Below are positions 38,018 to 51,760 of a stretch of 64,000 nt of DNA, in pieces. A program made the position numbers and the translations under genes. The stretch comes from Azolla caroliniana (taxonomy: Eukaryota > Plantae > Polypodiophyta): NCBI GenBank assembly GCA_043228905.1, contig JBHGNT010000021.1, positions 3,906,001 to 3,970,000 on the forward strand, written 5' to 3'. The notes below the pieces were generated by a model. That model was not told the DNA's origin. It did not search any database and saw only the letters and a list, made by a program, of their open reading frames with translations. Every line of letters starts with the position of its first letter. Within the stretch, counting starts at the first letter, position 1.

Positions 38018-39034
38018 TTCACTCAATTGTTGTCTGGATTCCACTCTTTGTTTACCATCATCTGGGTGTTTCGTTAAAGCCATCCATAGGTCTAGGGCTT
38101 TCTAATAGCCTTTTTCTTGGTTGAATCATGTAAAGGCCTGACTTTGCCCCTGCACTGATGGATAGCAATGCACCCAATGTAAATGTCAATTAACAGACAT
38201 CTGAAAGTGTGTTAAATACTTAGATTTTAATGCCAGAAACTCTTAATTCTTGCTGTATCAATTTGTTTGATTTTAATTGAGTTAGATTTTGTAGTTACTG
38301 CAGATTGGATGTATGTTACTAAAAATAGTAACATCATGTGCTATCCTCTCATGTATACGTGGTTCTGTTGAAGCTGTGGATTGTCTTGTCTTATCAATGT
38401 ATTGTGCATGTACTGCTATAGTTGAAATGTGTGGATATCTGCAGATGTATAACGTGTTTCTTGAGGGAACACGAAGCAAGGCCTGATTATTGCTCCTGCT
38501 TTAAAACATTTCCCACATAAACTATGTGCGTGGATTAGACACATTTGAAATCAGTGCTGTACATGGATATGGTGAAGTCTACATGATTATTTAGAATTCC
38601 AAAGCACATGTCATACCCTGGTATACATGCGAATGCATGTGCTTGCACACAAAGAGAGCTATATATATCTCAGATTTTTGTTTCATGTTGAATACTTTTA
38701 ATATTTGTATATCATACATGCATATTGAAGTCAGAAATTATCTCATGCATGTGCACCTAAATTATTGGTATTGGCATCGTGCTAATTATACAAATTGTTA
38801 ACCATTCCCTAGGATAGATACCAGGAACTTTCTTCTATATCCAAAGGCTAAGCTTTTCATGTATCAAATGCATATTACCAGAACACTCAGAAAAACAGTG
38901 TTTGCTGAATGTAACCTTATATTAAAATGTTTGCTTTTGTACATGAAATCCTACAACATTTCTTGATTGGAGTTTTTCTGATTACATGGATCATGTAATG
39001 GTGCAAACTGTGGCTGCACCAATCCTTAACATTC

Positions 39035-42000
39035 CTATTTCCTGCCACCCAAACCTCTCAAACTACATGACGGAACCTTTCCATGTGGTTTTTCTTTCCA
39101 AATGTAGTAAACACGATTTCCTATCTTGCACTCAATTTTGTTAACAAAATGAGACCAAATAGGTTTGGCTTTACTCCTTGAGTTCAACTTGTTAAGCTTT
39201 TCTCTAATCTCTATTAAGGAAGGTGATATATTGCCTAAAGTCCATAGAAGTGAAACATGAGGACGAGGATCCTGCAAATATGTGGAATTAGTTGGTGTTA
39301 ATATCACAAGGTAATGATGATGAAATATATATTTACAATAGAATTGCCGGCTATATATTTCAAACGCAGAACTAGCGGAACACACCTCATAGAATGTTTG
39401 CAGGTTATGCAATATGAAGACTTCATTTACAAGAGATATTTGTTTGCATATCTGCAAAACACATCTCACATGTGTCAGAAAACCAATTGAAATATAACAA
39501 TGAATATGACCTGAAGAAAACATTTTCACATTATCCAATCCTAAACCTGCACTAATCCTTTATCGGTAACTTCAGAACTAAGAAAGGCTCGGGTTTGATC
39601 GTCATTGACAAATATCTCCCAATAATCCAGCTCCAACCAATATCTATTAAACCAGTAACAAATAAATTATTAGAAACATAAATGGAGGTAGACATATGTT
39701 CATTCCCTCATTCAATATACTGAAATATATAACTGACCCTTTTTGGCAGTCAAATTTATTTTGAAGCATGGAAACTATTGAATCGATTTGATGTATAAGA
39801 ACAGGCACAGTTCGGGAAAGACTTATATGATACTCTTTTGCCAGGCTCAAATTACATGGAGTCCTGCCATCTTGGCGCGAAAAACTTGGTGTATCAGACT
39901 CCACGAGCTGAAGTTCTGGTGCAATGGAAAAGGCTTCCTTTACAAAAGGTTCAAGTCGGGCCCTGGTAATAGATGATAGAAGAACTGTTCCCCTCCCCAC
40001 CAAAATCCAAAACCAAAACATGAGAACAAGGAAAATCGAACACAAAAGTATGCACTGTAAGGTATTTCTCTTTCATCATCGAAATAAATATTTATTGGGT
40101 TAGTTTGCAAATAAACAATTTAATATGCAAGCTGCTCTTAGGAACCACTACATACATGTTTTCTAGTTTATTCCTTTCTTCCTCTCTCTTCTGTGTTAAC
40201 ATATTTACTTTCTACACTCTATCCTCACAATTATAATGCTATTCAGCACAAGCTCATCAAGAAGTCTTACACAATGTACATGACATGCCAGAATCGAAGA
40301 AAATGTATATACGAATTTGCGAGAAGAAAAAGGAACACGAATGACATAACAAGATTATGAAGCTTCAAACAGAAGTAGGTAAATGCATTTCATGAATATT
40401 TGCTTCTCAAAAAATAGCCAGATCACAAATAGGTACACACTAAAATGTGTTCAGAACATGCAAACATATTAATTTTCTCTTGTAAAGGAACATCTATACC
40501 CTGTTTTGGATTCTTTGCACTTGGATGGTCCTTCAATGTTCATGTGCCATGTAGTGGGCATGAAGAGTATCATAAACAGAAGTAGGTATGCCTTTCATGA
40601 ATATTTGCTTCTCAAAAAATAGCTAGATCACAAATAGGCTTACTAAATGTGTCCAGAACATGAAAAACATAATATATTTCTCTTGCAAAGGAACATCAAT
40701 GCCCTGTTTTGGTTCTTTGCACTTGATGATGGTCCTTCAGGACAAGATAACAGGCACAAGTAACAAACTGTAGAGAATGCACGCCTCACATATTTCTGAC
40801 ACACCAGGTGGGAAAATAATCACTGAATCACCATGGAGAATGCAAGCCTTGCATCCTTGATGCATGAAAGGTGGGAATATGGGCAAAATATTGAGAGGGA
40901 TGAGTCATCATCATCAAAAGGCCTTTGACACCTGGATATGAGTTACAGTATGGAACTGCAACAGAGCTCATAAACAGATGTAGGTCTTTTCCAGGAAACG
41001 TTAAGAGACACAGATACTATGTTCTACAAAAAGAAAAAGATACATTAGTGCTCAGGGAGTAGGTTATCATGCATTAGATAATACCTGTGGGCATTGATCA
41101 GGAGCACAAAACTAGATGCTCAGCACATACATTGTTCCTATCTTAAAAACAGGGAATCCCATACAACTGGGATAATGCAGGACTACAATGGTTGGACATA
41201 GCTGTGCCAAATTGCATGGGTCCAAATCTTCACACTTTGAGCCATCGTTGAGGAAAGCAATTCAAGAAGGAAACTAATCTATTGCTGCTTTTGTAGAGTT
41301 CCCCAGCCATTGACAAAGCACCATGTGCAAGCCACGTGGAGAGTTTGCAGAACCTAGGGGTCCCTCAGGATAGGGGCTAAACATTAGGCTGATGAGATTA
41401 TGTACATACCAGACTCACCATAGATTGTTAGCACTCCTCAACCTAGAGCTTCACAGAAAGCGGAAGTTACAAATACAAAAGCAGATAATAGGACTTGCAC
41501 AGAGATTAGTCATAGACTTATTCGACCCTTCCAAGCCTTTCAACTACTGCTCCACAAAGGTTGGTTAGAGACCTCAACAATATGCATTGGGAACATGAAG
41601 TGAGTTCAAGGTGTGATTCTAGAGAGGCACAATCAGTCACTGAGATTTGCATATTATGCCACCCACATCCTACGGGGAGATTGAGAGGCATATATTACAG
41701 CTGGATGCAGTCCATCACTTGGTTTTGGTGCCTTCCTCTACGATTCACACATACTTAAGATGAAGAAGCAAATGACATAAATCATCTCAGGGTGATCTGC
41801 AGGATGCTGTGGCCTTATTGCTCTTGAGATGTATTACCATTCACTTCAGAACCTACAAGCAGGGTTGCGTTTTCATTTACTTACTGGATTATTTTGCAGC
41901 TTATAATATAACTTACAGAGTTTTATAAGATATCACGAATGTAATAGTTGTGGGTCTCAGAGGTAATTTGGCCTCTTTAAAGATGTTAATATAATATATA

Positions 42001-45000
42001 TTTGCTTCTTTCATTTTGAATTCACAAGCTTCCTGCTAAGTGAGAGCAGAGACTAAATAGTGGACTATTGGGGTCTCACCTACTACTATAACATATCCAT
42101 ACATCACCACAGAAAGGCCCTGATACAACTATTTGCAACCATTACAACAACGAGCTGGGAGCTACATTGCAATTCTGAGGACTCCAAGAGAGGATAATAT
42201 CCAGAGAAGCATTGGCGTCTGGTACGTATTCCTCACAATGGATTGGAACAACTTCCTCAGAATGTCCTCATCTTCTGAAAGTTGGTGGCATATGAGCGAG
42301 TCCCAAGAGCTTGTTACTCAGAGATAACTGCATAGTTGCATGGGCTTGCTGCTTGACTTGCAGGTCTTGAACACTACTATCTGTGCAGAACATAGTGGTA
42401 AGGCAGATGATCATTATGTTGGATGAACAAAGGACATGGGGTAGACCAGAATGGCCCATGGCAACAAGGACGGCCTTCTATAGAGACTACTTTACACTGA
42501 TAACAGATAGTTTCCAATTTCCCGTGACACAAACACAACTCTCTCCCTGGCATAATTTTCACTCTTCAAAGTATAATAAGATAATATTGATCATTTCGAT
42601 ATTTATGAACTGATATGATTATAGCTAACATGTGATATCATACACACCTAAGATAGTTACATGATGTTTTTTTACATTGCTTCACATCTATGAAGCGTAA
42701 GTTTTGCGTAAGAAGAAGTCTTGCATACCTGGAATATAAACATGCAAAGCATAATTTCCATCAACATGTGGAAAGCTTCGAATCCTTCCACGATGAGGGT
42801 CATTCATCTGCAACAAACATGCTATTTATGCCAGATGAGTTAAACCTTTAAATTTTATTACAATTTACTTAAACATACACTACCAGATACAGGGTGTGGC
42901 ACAACGGGCATTTGATTATGTATCAATTCAGGAAGATGGTATGATTAGGAGAAATCTCAACAGATAAGAGATTGATGGCCATACTTAATCTGTGAGTGTA
43001 CATATGTAATCAACCACATCTTCCACACAAGATATCAAATTGATGGGTATTTAATTTCCAACAAAATGTGAATTTGTACTATGTATTCCCATTTCATAAG
43101 AACCCAAAGATCAAAGCATAGAACAATTCCATTACAGTCCAGCATTCTCCACTCTCTGTGAAAACATGTGTGAATGGCCTGAGACATTACCACCATGATC
43201 TGGGACATTCTTGAGTCACTGCATATAAGGCATTATGCAACCATGGATAAGACAACTCATGCCATGCTTCATTGAAGGACCAATCACACGCACACACACA
43301 CTGCATATACCCCACCCCACACATTACCATTCACTTCACCAATGAAAAGATATACGCTCAGTTGAGGTTTATGAGGGGTCTTTGCCTCCTTCACATGTCC
43401 ACACCCACCTTTACGGCACAAATAGCACGTTTCCTCCACAAATCAGCCATCAACTCCTTCCCACACACAAAGCACATGAAAAGTACTCCAATTGATGGTA
43501 TGATGATAATTGCAAAGAGCTCAACTGCCTGTTAGGAGCCCAGAAAACATTAAGGGAAGCTAGACAACTAGTAAAGACTCCTATGCACCGCAAGAGAAGG
43601 GTCTTTGAAGAGGCACATGAGCTTGATCTCTGCCACCTGCTCATGATTTTGGAATCTAGGAATAGGAAATATATTTGATGAAAGAAAAGTAGAAGAAGAT
43701 GATAAAGAAGAAGCAATGGAATAAAAGAGGCTTGGTCTATTCTTACCTTGTCCTCCCAACCTTAGGACATGCCTTTAAATACTAGCCCCCATGCATAAAT
43801 GCTAGTATGCATGTCCCCCATAGTTCGGTGTTATGTGTCCACACCTATGCTCGAGGCTATCTCCGAATTGTCCCATGATACTTACGGTAGTGACATACCA
43901 TCCCCCTTAAGGGATTGGTCACTATCCCCCTTCCAAAACTACCTCTCAGATTCCCACATAGCGGACAAAGGATGACCTTTCATAGAAACAGAAATTGATG
44001 GAAAGTATGATCTCTCAACTTCTTCTCTCAAATCTCTAGGATACAATCCTTCCCTGAGTCAACTATCGAAGGACTTGGCTATTCCACATTACCATCCATC
44101 ATGCTATCTTCATCTAGTATACACTTCTTCATTCTATTAACAAGAAACACAAGATGAATAAGACTACCCCCTGACAAATCTAGCTTATAAGCAGCCTCTC
44201 CAATCTTCTCTGTGATCTTCCATGGACCATAAATATCCACGAACTTAATAGAGGAGCCAATATGGGCCATAATAACCAAAAAGTACACATCTTGTTGTCA
44301 AAACATGTCACTCTACTCATAGCAGATTGGATATTTTTTTTTGCCAATATCCAACTTGTCTCTCATATCCTTTAAATAATGCGAAGCAATTGCATTACAA
44401 CTACTCAATCCTACTGAATATGGATAAGCTGACTAAACCCTGTAATTCAGCTAGAATGGGGAAAACTTGATCGCCAAATGTTTCCGTGAGTTATACACAA
44501 GCTAAAGCAATAAATAACTTCCCTAGTCTGTTTGACTGATTGACACATGCCAAACATATATTCCAACACTTGGTTAGTCATTTCTATTTGACCATCGATC
44601 TCAGGATGTTCTCCATTCGTAAACTTCAATATAGTGCCTAGTTTCAGAAACAAGCTAGTCCAGAACTTCTTGGTTCACGACAATAGTTTTGGGTAACCCA
44701 TGAATATGGAATACACATTGAATGAATATAGATCGGCCACCTATGAAGCAATTGCTTTCTTTGCAGTGGCAAAAAAGTACGCCTTTTTGGTGAACGGGTC
44801 AACAACTAACACTGCATTTTGTTGACATTGAGTACAAGGCATACCCACAACGAAATCCATGTACACACTTGTCCACAGGCAAAATTTGCAACAAACAAGG
44901 ATAATATACTCTTTCATACTTAGTGGTCTCCCAAGGAATGCATCAGAGACACATAGTCTAGCGCATCATAGTACGTACATGGTCCCCAATAGTAGCACTT

Positions 45001-45766
45001 TGTCATTTCTAGAGTTTTCTTCATGCCAGATGTCCAGCACATGAACTACTGTGACAATCCCTCATAACCTGGTTCCTACTACCGGGAACCTACAGTACAC
45101 ATATATTCCATTTCTCGAGAAACCCTCGCTCAATGGAGAACTTTGGGGCTAGTGGTGTAATGTTGCATATATTATGTGAGATTTGGAAGCTGCTATACAT
45201 AGCTATCCTTGTACGACAAGATCATATAAGCATTCCACATTCCATTGTTATCATACATGTACCGTTTCTTGCATCTTTTCAGATGGTGCACAACCATGCA
45301 CCTTCGTACATTTGATTTGTTTGATATGCCGATTTTGTAAAAATAGGCATTAACAATTCTCTCACTCTCACTCTCTCTCTCTAAATGTGCCAAAATTAGC
45401 CTCCTCGTGCATCATGAAAATTCTAATTCTCTTCAAAGGTGAAGAGATATTCGAACAGCCTTGTCTATATGTACCACTACTTACACGTAATAGCCAAGTT
45501 AAACCGAAAAAAATGAAGAAGAAGGAGAGAGTGTAGTGCGCCTTACAGGAGTTAGAAGCATTGAGGAGGTCACACGGAGGAGGAGGCAGAGAGGAGAAGG
45601 AGGAGGAGGAGGATGAAGCCTCAAGTGTCATGGAAGGTTTTGGCTTCTTCCGCTGGGGTGAGTCTGTGGAAGACGACGACGATTCCGAGTCGGAAGCCTT
45701 CCTCTTGAGCGAGTCTGCGATGGACGACGACTCAGAGTCGGATCCATAGATTAGCAAAGCATCCAT
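39035..45766 (-). CDS. USB1: U6 snRNA phosphodiesterase USB1 (2H phosphoesterase), 6 exons
   Basis: Exons 45766-45547, about 42821-42729, 39984-39738, 39643-39547, 39451-39386, 39271-39035: MDALLIYGSDSE, GRIRSFPHVDGNYALHVYIP, EYHISLSRTV, IFVNDDQTRAFL, DPRPHVSLLW and IECKIGNRVY; both HxS motifs intact. Confidence 0.92.
40365..40740. repeat. Diverged duplication (about 210-bp period) in USB1 intron 2
   Basis: AAACAGAAGTAGGTA...TTCTTTGCACTTG...GGTCCTTCA at about 40367 and 40574. Confidence 0.85.
43157..45050 (-). mobile_element. Decayed Ty3/gypsy retrotransposon fragment (integrase, PPT, 3' LTR) in USB1 intron 1
   Basis: Minus-strand relics WTSVYMDFVVGMP, HGLPKTIV, FWTSLFLKLGT...HPEIDGQIE and YGPWKITEKIGEAAYKLDL; purine tract AAGGGGGATGGTA followed by TGTCA at 43895. 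Outer ends approximate. Confidence 0.8.
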
Positions 45767-45890
45767 GGATGGATGGAAACAGCAAATAGACCAAGACAGA
45801 CAAAAGGCACAGACAGAGAAGGTGCCCCGGTGTCTCGCTATACAGAGAGCCTATATACATAGCTAGAGCTAAGCTGCCATGGGGCACACA

Positions 45891-46258
45891 TAACAATCGG
45901 CAACGGTTCGGTTCGGTTCGAGAGGGTCCAAACCGAACTGTTTAACAAATTTTAAACCTGAACCAAGCCGAACCACGAAACTGTTAAACCGCGGTTTCGT
46001 GGTTTGCTTTTGGTTTTCAACATAGGTCAAAATTTTAAAATTTATAATACTTCATTATTTAAAATTTTTAAGATGTTCCTAAAAGGTGTGAGAATAAGGT
46101 CTAAAAATGAATAGATTGTTTAAAAGCCATTTTTAATTTTTAAAAAAAAAATAGAAAATAGAAAACCGTTAAACCGTTTAAACCACGGTTTCTGGTTATT
46201 AAAACCGAACCAAACCGTTAAGCTGCGATTTCACGGTTCGGTTTGTTGCCGATTGTTA
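45891..46258. mobile_element. Intact non-autonomous hAT-type MITE, 368 bp
   Basis: Perfect 14-bp TIRs TAACAATCGGCAAC (45891-45904) and GTTGCCGATTGTTA (46245-46258); perfect 8-bp TSD GGCACACA (45883-45890, 46259-46266); AACCG/CGGTT subterminal repeats. Confidence 0.95.
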
Positions 46259-48203
46259 GGCACACATTTTATCATAAAGGTGTGGTTTTTACACATTAGG
46301 GTGGACCCTTCTATAACTTGTCCCCAATCCCTCTTGATTTCTAACCCACAATGATTTGGACGTTTTTCTGCCTTGTTGAGAGAGAGATATGAGATATGAG
46401 ATGAGGTGCCCATTGGGCCATAGCTGCTATGGTCATGTCGATTTTTCATGTCCATGTGGCGAAAAGTGATATTTGGTATGGCCGGGTTTACCTAAGATGT
46501 GTGAGCAAAAGTTGCATCAATCGTTTCCAAAGTCCTGGAAATGGAGGAGTCAAAGGTTTTCCAATACCGTATGCAATTTTTATTGGCGAGATGACAAAGC
46601 AAAATCCAATTTTCATGAGCTAAAATGAAATTGGTAATGCATAGTAGTTTATTAATAACAGATTTGCAGGCTTTTAATTTCCTCTTTAATAAATGTGGAT
46701 GCATGAATTGCACATGACCAAGGAGCAATCTCTATTGTTGCAGCATGTCGAAAGGCTTTAAAATTTGTTCTAATACGTTTGTAAAGTTTAACTTCATCTC
46801 TCTCTCTCTAGGTCAAATTCTCTGCCCTGTTCACAATCAACGGCTTTCTCGAGTGGAATGCTCTTTGCATACAAGTTATAGATGGTTGTGTTAGTGATCT
46901 TCCTTCTTATCCAACAAACCTCTTATTTGAAGCATACGATGATGGTTTTCTACTCCTCATGCCTACCTCTAAGCTTATGGACATTGGCATTCATTTTTTG
47001 TCTCATGTCTATTGAGAAAAAGGAATTTAGAGAATAGATTGGAACAAGTGTTGGGTTCAGTATGCATAATCCATCATTGTACAACTATGAATACTTATAC
47101 GGTATACCATTACACTACCTTACTGCATGTTTCGCACCTAGCAAGTTAATATTTAAAGGTATCTTTAGATGCACTCAATGACTATGTTTCACAAATCTTT
47201 GATTAATTTGAACAACTTGCTACCTATCCATTAAAGGAAGGATATGATTACAAAGAATATTTCAGTCAATTGAATGCATGAAATTCTTGTCATTTAGATG
47301 TTGAAACGAGTGTTTGAATCAAAATTCACTTTCATTGTGAATATTCAAGTTAAATTACATGTTCTTCAGTAATGATTGAAATCTATCAAGTATACATATG
47401 ATGGTCCCACTTTGGACACATGTTTACTTTGGATTAAGAATGAAGTAACCTCCTTGCCTAAATTTCAAAGCATATGGGCTGTGTTTTATATCTAAAAGGA
47501 GTGGGAACCCTCTTTTTCATTTGTACTAAGGCTCAACTTCTTTCTCAACATTTTGGAAGTGTCACCCATTCTCTTTTACGCAACAATGTCTATTTCATTT
47601 GTAGAGTAACAATCTCGGTCATGAACTCTTTTCCTATCTCGCCAAAAGACTTTACATTTCATGATTGCGATCAACAACATCTTATAATAAAGGGTTCTCG
47701 TGATCTTCACAAATTTAGCTTTTACTCTAAGGTTCGTGACATATCTTTTCAAGCCTTTTATCTCGTCCTACGGGAGGAGAGTTTGCAAATTAGCAATTCG
47801 ATTGAGCCAAAGCATTGCATTGGTTAGACGATTATTGGAGTACATTAGCACTATCCGATCCCGATAGACACACTAGAATGTCTCTAACATAGCGGTTAGA
47901 TGCGAGGCAAAACCGATCCCATCCCATCCATGTCCGCAATGTTCAGGCATACATAGGCCATGGCAGGTGTGAGCATCACTCCACCCCATCCATCCATCCA
48001 TTGTCTGTCCCTACATCATCCCTCCCTTCTCTTTTCTTCTCTTTATGTGTGTGATTACAGTTAGCAGGTAGGTTACTTGAAACACAAGTGATGTTCAAAA
48101 CAGCAATGATAAGAATGAATTGAATACATCTGCACAAACATAGGGTAAGAGTAAGAATAAGAATAAGAGTGTGTGTGTGTGTATGTATGATTTCACCATA
48201 TCC

Positions 48204-49951
48204 ATGGCAGCTTATTTTTGCCAAGAGCAGTATCACATCACACTTGGCTTCCTGCATCTCCTTAGCATACTTCTCTTCTCTACTGCTGCTGTTCCTCCTC
48301 CTCCTCCTCCTTTCGCGGCTCGGTTGCGGTCCAAGTTCAGTACAACTACTGGAGTGCTGAGCAGCCCTAATCCTAATGACATGACAACGGCTAATGTGTG
48401 GCCTCAGCTTCGGCATCGGCATCGGCATCGGCATCGGCATCGGCATCGAGATGAGCTCATTATCAATGGAGATGAGCACATGATCCATGGAGATGAGGTC
48501 ATGATTCATGGAGATGCGCCGATGATGGATATAGCAGCTGGGAATAGGCAGCGAAGGGAGGAGGTGGACGCCGAAATGTTGGACTATGCAATGAGGAGGT
48601 TGAGGCAGGAAGGGAGGGATGCAAAGACAGGGCAAGCATATGAGGTGAGATTGCCGAGGTGGACCGCACCCCCTCTGCGAGGGGGCCCGGGCCCGGGCCC
48701 GGTGAGGGCATGCCAAGTCATGCGGGCCGAGCCCGGGAGCCTCCGCAGGAGGGGCCTGCTCTTCAATGGCTTCACCATTGCCCAGGGTACTCAGGTCCAT
48801 CAACAGGCAGTAGTACCACAAGAGCATGGGGTCACCACAAATATAACAGCACCTCATACCTTGGAAACTAGCCAGGTAAAAAAAACACAGATTGTTTGGC
48901 CACTAAAGCTTTTTTGCTTTTCTGTTTTATTGCTTTTGAGTACTGAATGCATCCCCTTCCAACATTAGCTAATGCTGCTTATTGTTAATCTCATCATTAT
49001 CATCATCATCATCATCATTATCAGCAGCAGAAGCAGCAGTTTCTTTTGCTTATTTATCGCAGTCTCGACAACCATCTCGCTCTCGATTCCACCTTCTACC
49101 AGCTTCCTCCGGGCTACACATTCATTAGCCCCATCTTTGGCATCATCGGTTATACCTACTCTCAGCTCCTTCTCCTCAATAATACCAGTATAAGCACAGA
49201 TAGCAGCAGTGCAGTGCTCACAAAGGTAGAACTCTCATCCACTTCCATGACCACTGTGGCCATTCTCCCCACCAATTCCTTTAACCTAACTAGTTCCCGT
49301 TCGCCGCCCTACAATGCGAGCCCCCCGGCTGTAACCCCTCTCTGTGCTTTCTTCCTGCCCAATGGCTCCTTCTATTTCTCTAACCTCTCACATCCTCCCA
49401 ACATCTGCTCCTCCTTCATAGTCTCTGATACAGCTCTAGTCCTTCCGCCGCCTCCTTCTCCGGATATGGTAAACCTCCTCCGCCCCAAAACCTCCACTAT
49501 TCATGCTTACCCTACTTCTTCTGCACCGAACACTACCACAATTCCCCCTAAGTTTGCACTAATCCTCGCCTTTGCGGGTGCTGTCGGGCTCGGGACACTC
49601 ATGATGGCTGCTGCCATTTTGCTGGCTCGCGGCTGCGCCATGCCCAACACCACCAGGAATCTTCTCTCCAAATTATCACAACAATTGCCAGCAGCTCTTC
49701 ATGATGAACCAAGTAGGATATCAGCCCAGATCACAGATCATGCCACTAATCTGCAGCATGATGAGATTTCGGCCACTACTAGTGGCTGCTTGACTTATGG
49801 TCTTGGCCATACTGTTATTCATCACGATGATCAGAACACCCAGCTCCTCTACGATAATTATAGCCATCATACCAGAGCTCCCTCTGTGCCTGCCCTCAGA
49901 ACAAAGCCTTCATTGGAGGTGGGCAGCCTACATGCCATGGTTTTATCTTGA
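48204..49951 (+). CDS. DUF1191-family single-pass membrane protein, 2 exons (48204-48875, about 49025-49951)
   Basis: Signal-peptide-like N-terminus; motifs KTGQAYEVRLP, GSLRRRG..F..F.I and LIYRSL...FYQLPPGYTFISPIFGIIGY recall DUF1191; C-terminal TM (FALILAFAGAVGLGTLMMAAAILL); phase-0 GT-AG intron. Confidence 0.75.
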
Positions 49952-50310
49952 CAACCATTACCATATATGTACCTATCTTCCCGAACAATACACTTAAAAA
50001 CCCTAAACCCAATATTTGCAAGAACTCCCCCTTCACACAAATGCCCTGTATTATTTGCGAGAACCCTAAATCATGGTGTTGGGGCGATGCTGTTATTCAT
50101 GATGATGATGATGATGATGTTGACACCCTGTTCCTCTACAATTGTAGTTACCATACCAGAGGCTCCCTCTTCTGTAAACGAAGCTCTCTTTGGGGGTGGG
50201 CAGCTTCCATGGCATGATTTCATCTTGACACTAAACTATATATCTATCTTCCATACAGATACCTTAAACCCTAAACCCTAAACCATATATTTGTAAGGAC
50301 ACTCATCCCC
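49790..50310. repeat. Older, diverged duplication of the DUF1191 C-terminus and 3' UTR
   Basis: About 49795-50030 is echoed at about 50070-50310 (CTGTTATTCAT...CATACCAGAG...GTGGGCAGC...ATCTTGACA...AAACCCTAAACC). Confidence 0.8.
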
Positions 50311-50949
50311 CTCCCCCAACACACACATAATAGTCACATCATTATTACAAATTTTACTTGAGGATGAACAATCTCAGCCAATATCGGAGGTCTCCTGCAA
50401 AAGAATGTTCCGATCGAGTCACATTCCCCCTCCCCTATCGGGCAACAGAATGTTTTGATCATCGTTTTTACTTGTGTATCATCGAATCGAGGCACATTGG
50501 CTCGCAGCGCAAGAACAATTTCTTAAAAGAAACACTGGGGATTAGGGGTTTCTCACCTTTAGGTTGTGTAATACTAATTTTTTATTTATAATACATTGGT
50601 ATAATACTAATTTTTTTGTTTCGTAAGTTAATTTTTGTTCGCTATGTGAGTATGTTATTACGATTTGTTCCATGAGTGTCGATTGACGGAAGTTGATCAT
50701 CACAATCCCAAGATAACAATCAACAGTAAAACATTGCAAAACTATGTGGTACTAGCTAGGACCTGCAAACTTGTTTGGGGGAAAAACATGCATAATCTCT
50801 GAGTCTCTTGTGGTTTGAGTATTTTATGTTTATCTTGTGTCCTTTTCTCAAGGCTGGTCATTGTGGTTAAGCACCCTTAATGCACTCTTCTCCTTATTCT
50901 CTTATTTTTCCCTTTGTCATTAGTTCGATCTAGAATATAACAGGTAAGG

Positions 50950-51760
50950 GTGAGGGAAATAACATTAGCCAGACGGAGGCAAGCTGAGTTGACATACCAT
51001 GGCTCAAGCCGCCACATTGTGGACTCCTATTAGGAACCTAATGAAAAGAGTTTTTCAATCGTAAGCATGTATTCCACAACCCTCTCGATGCCAATGATTT
51101 CGATAAGAGCCAATATTTAGTTTCAAGAAGTAGGATGATATATGACATTTGCATGTTAGCTTGGATCTTCATAAGAAAACATACATTTTTAAACTTATTA
51201 TAAGTGAGCTTGGTGATCCACCTCCCCATATTTTAAACCTAGTATAGAGATGAGCATTGGTGGCACCAAAATTTCAAAGAGGTTGTTGTGATGGACCAAG
51301 AACATCTTCGGTAGGCCTGTACATTGGCTCGGGATGGTTCGGGATGGTGTAAAACTACCATAGGCAATTGCAATGACGCTTGACATGGGAGAAATGCCCT
51401 TGGACAAAGGGGCAAAAGTAGGCCAATTGGGGAATGGTCATCCAATGAATTGAGGGGAATGATGAGTCCCTTACTTGACCCATGGTCACTAGTACAGAAG
51501 GGTCGACAAAATATTGTAACAAACCAACAAAACAATGCATTAATTTGACTTGCACATACGAATCCATGAGATGAGAACACACTTTTAAAACGTAGTACTA
51601 GAGCAACAATTAGCAAAATAATAAAATTGTGGTTGGATGGATTGAAGGGCAACATGATCATGAGATCACAACAAAGTTGTGCTCTGATTTGTTCTCTTCC
51701 TGTTAAGACCTCCAAGGCTTACTCTTTCCATGGCACATGCCCCTTCCTCTACCCCTCTCT
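50950..51760 (-). mobile_element. Possible decayed L1 LINE fragment
   Basis: Weak RT C-terminal-like text (CAMERVSLGGLN, MGRWITKL) in broken frames. Confidence 0.35.

Noticed and set aside
47976-48857. 293-aa minus-strand ORF
   Set aside because: Antisense shadow of DUF1191 exon 1 and its simple repeats.
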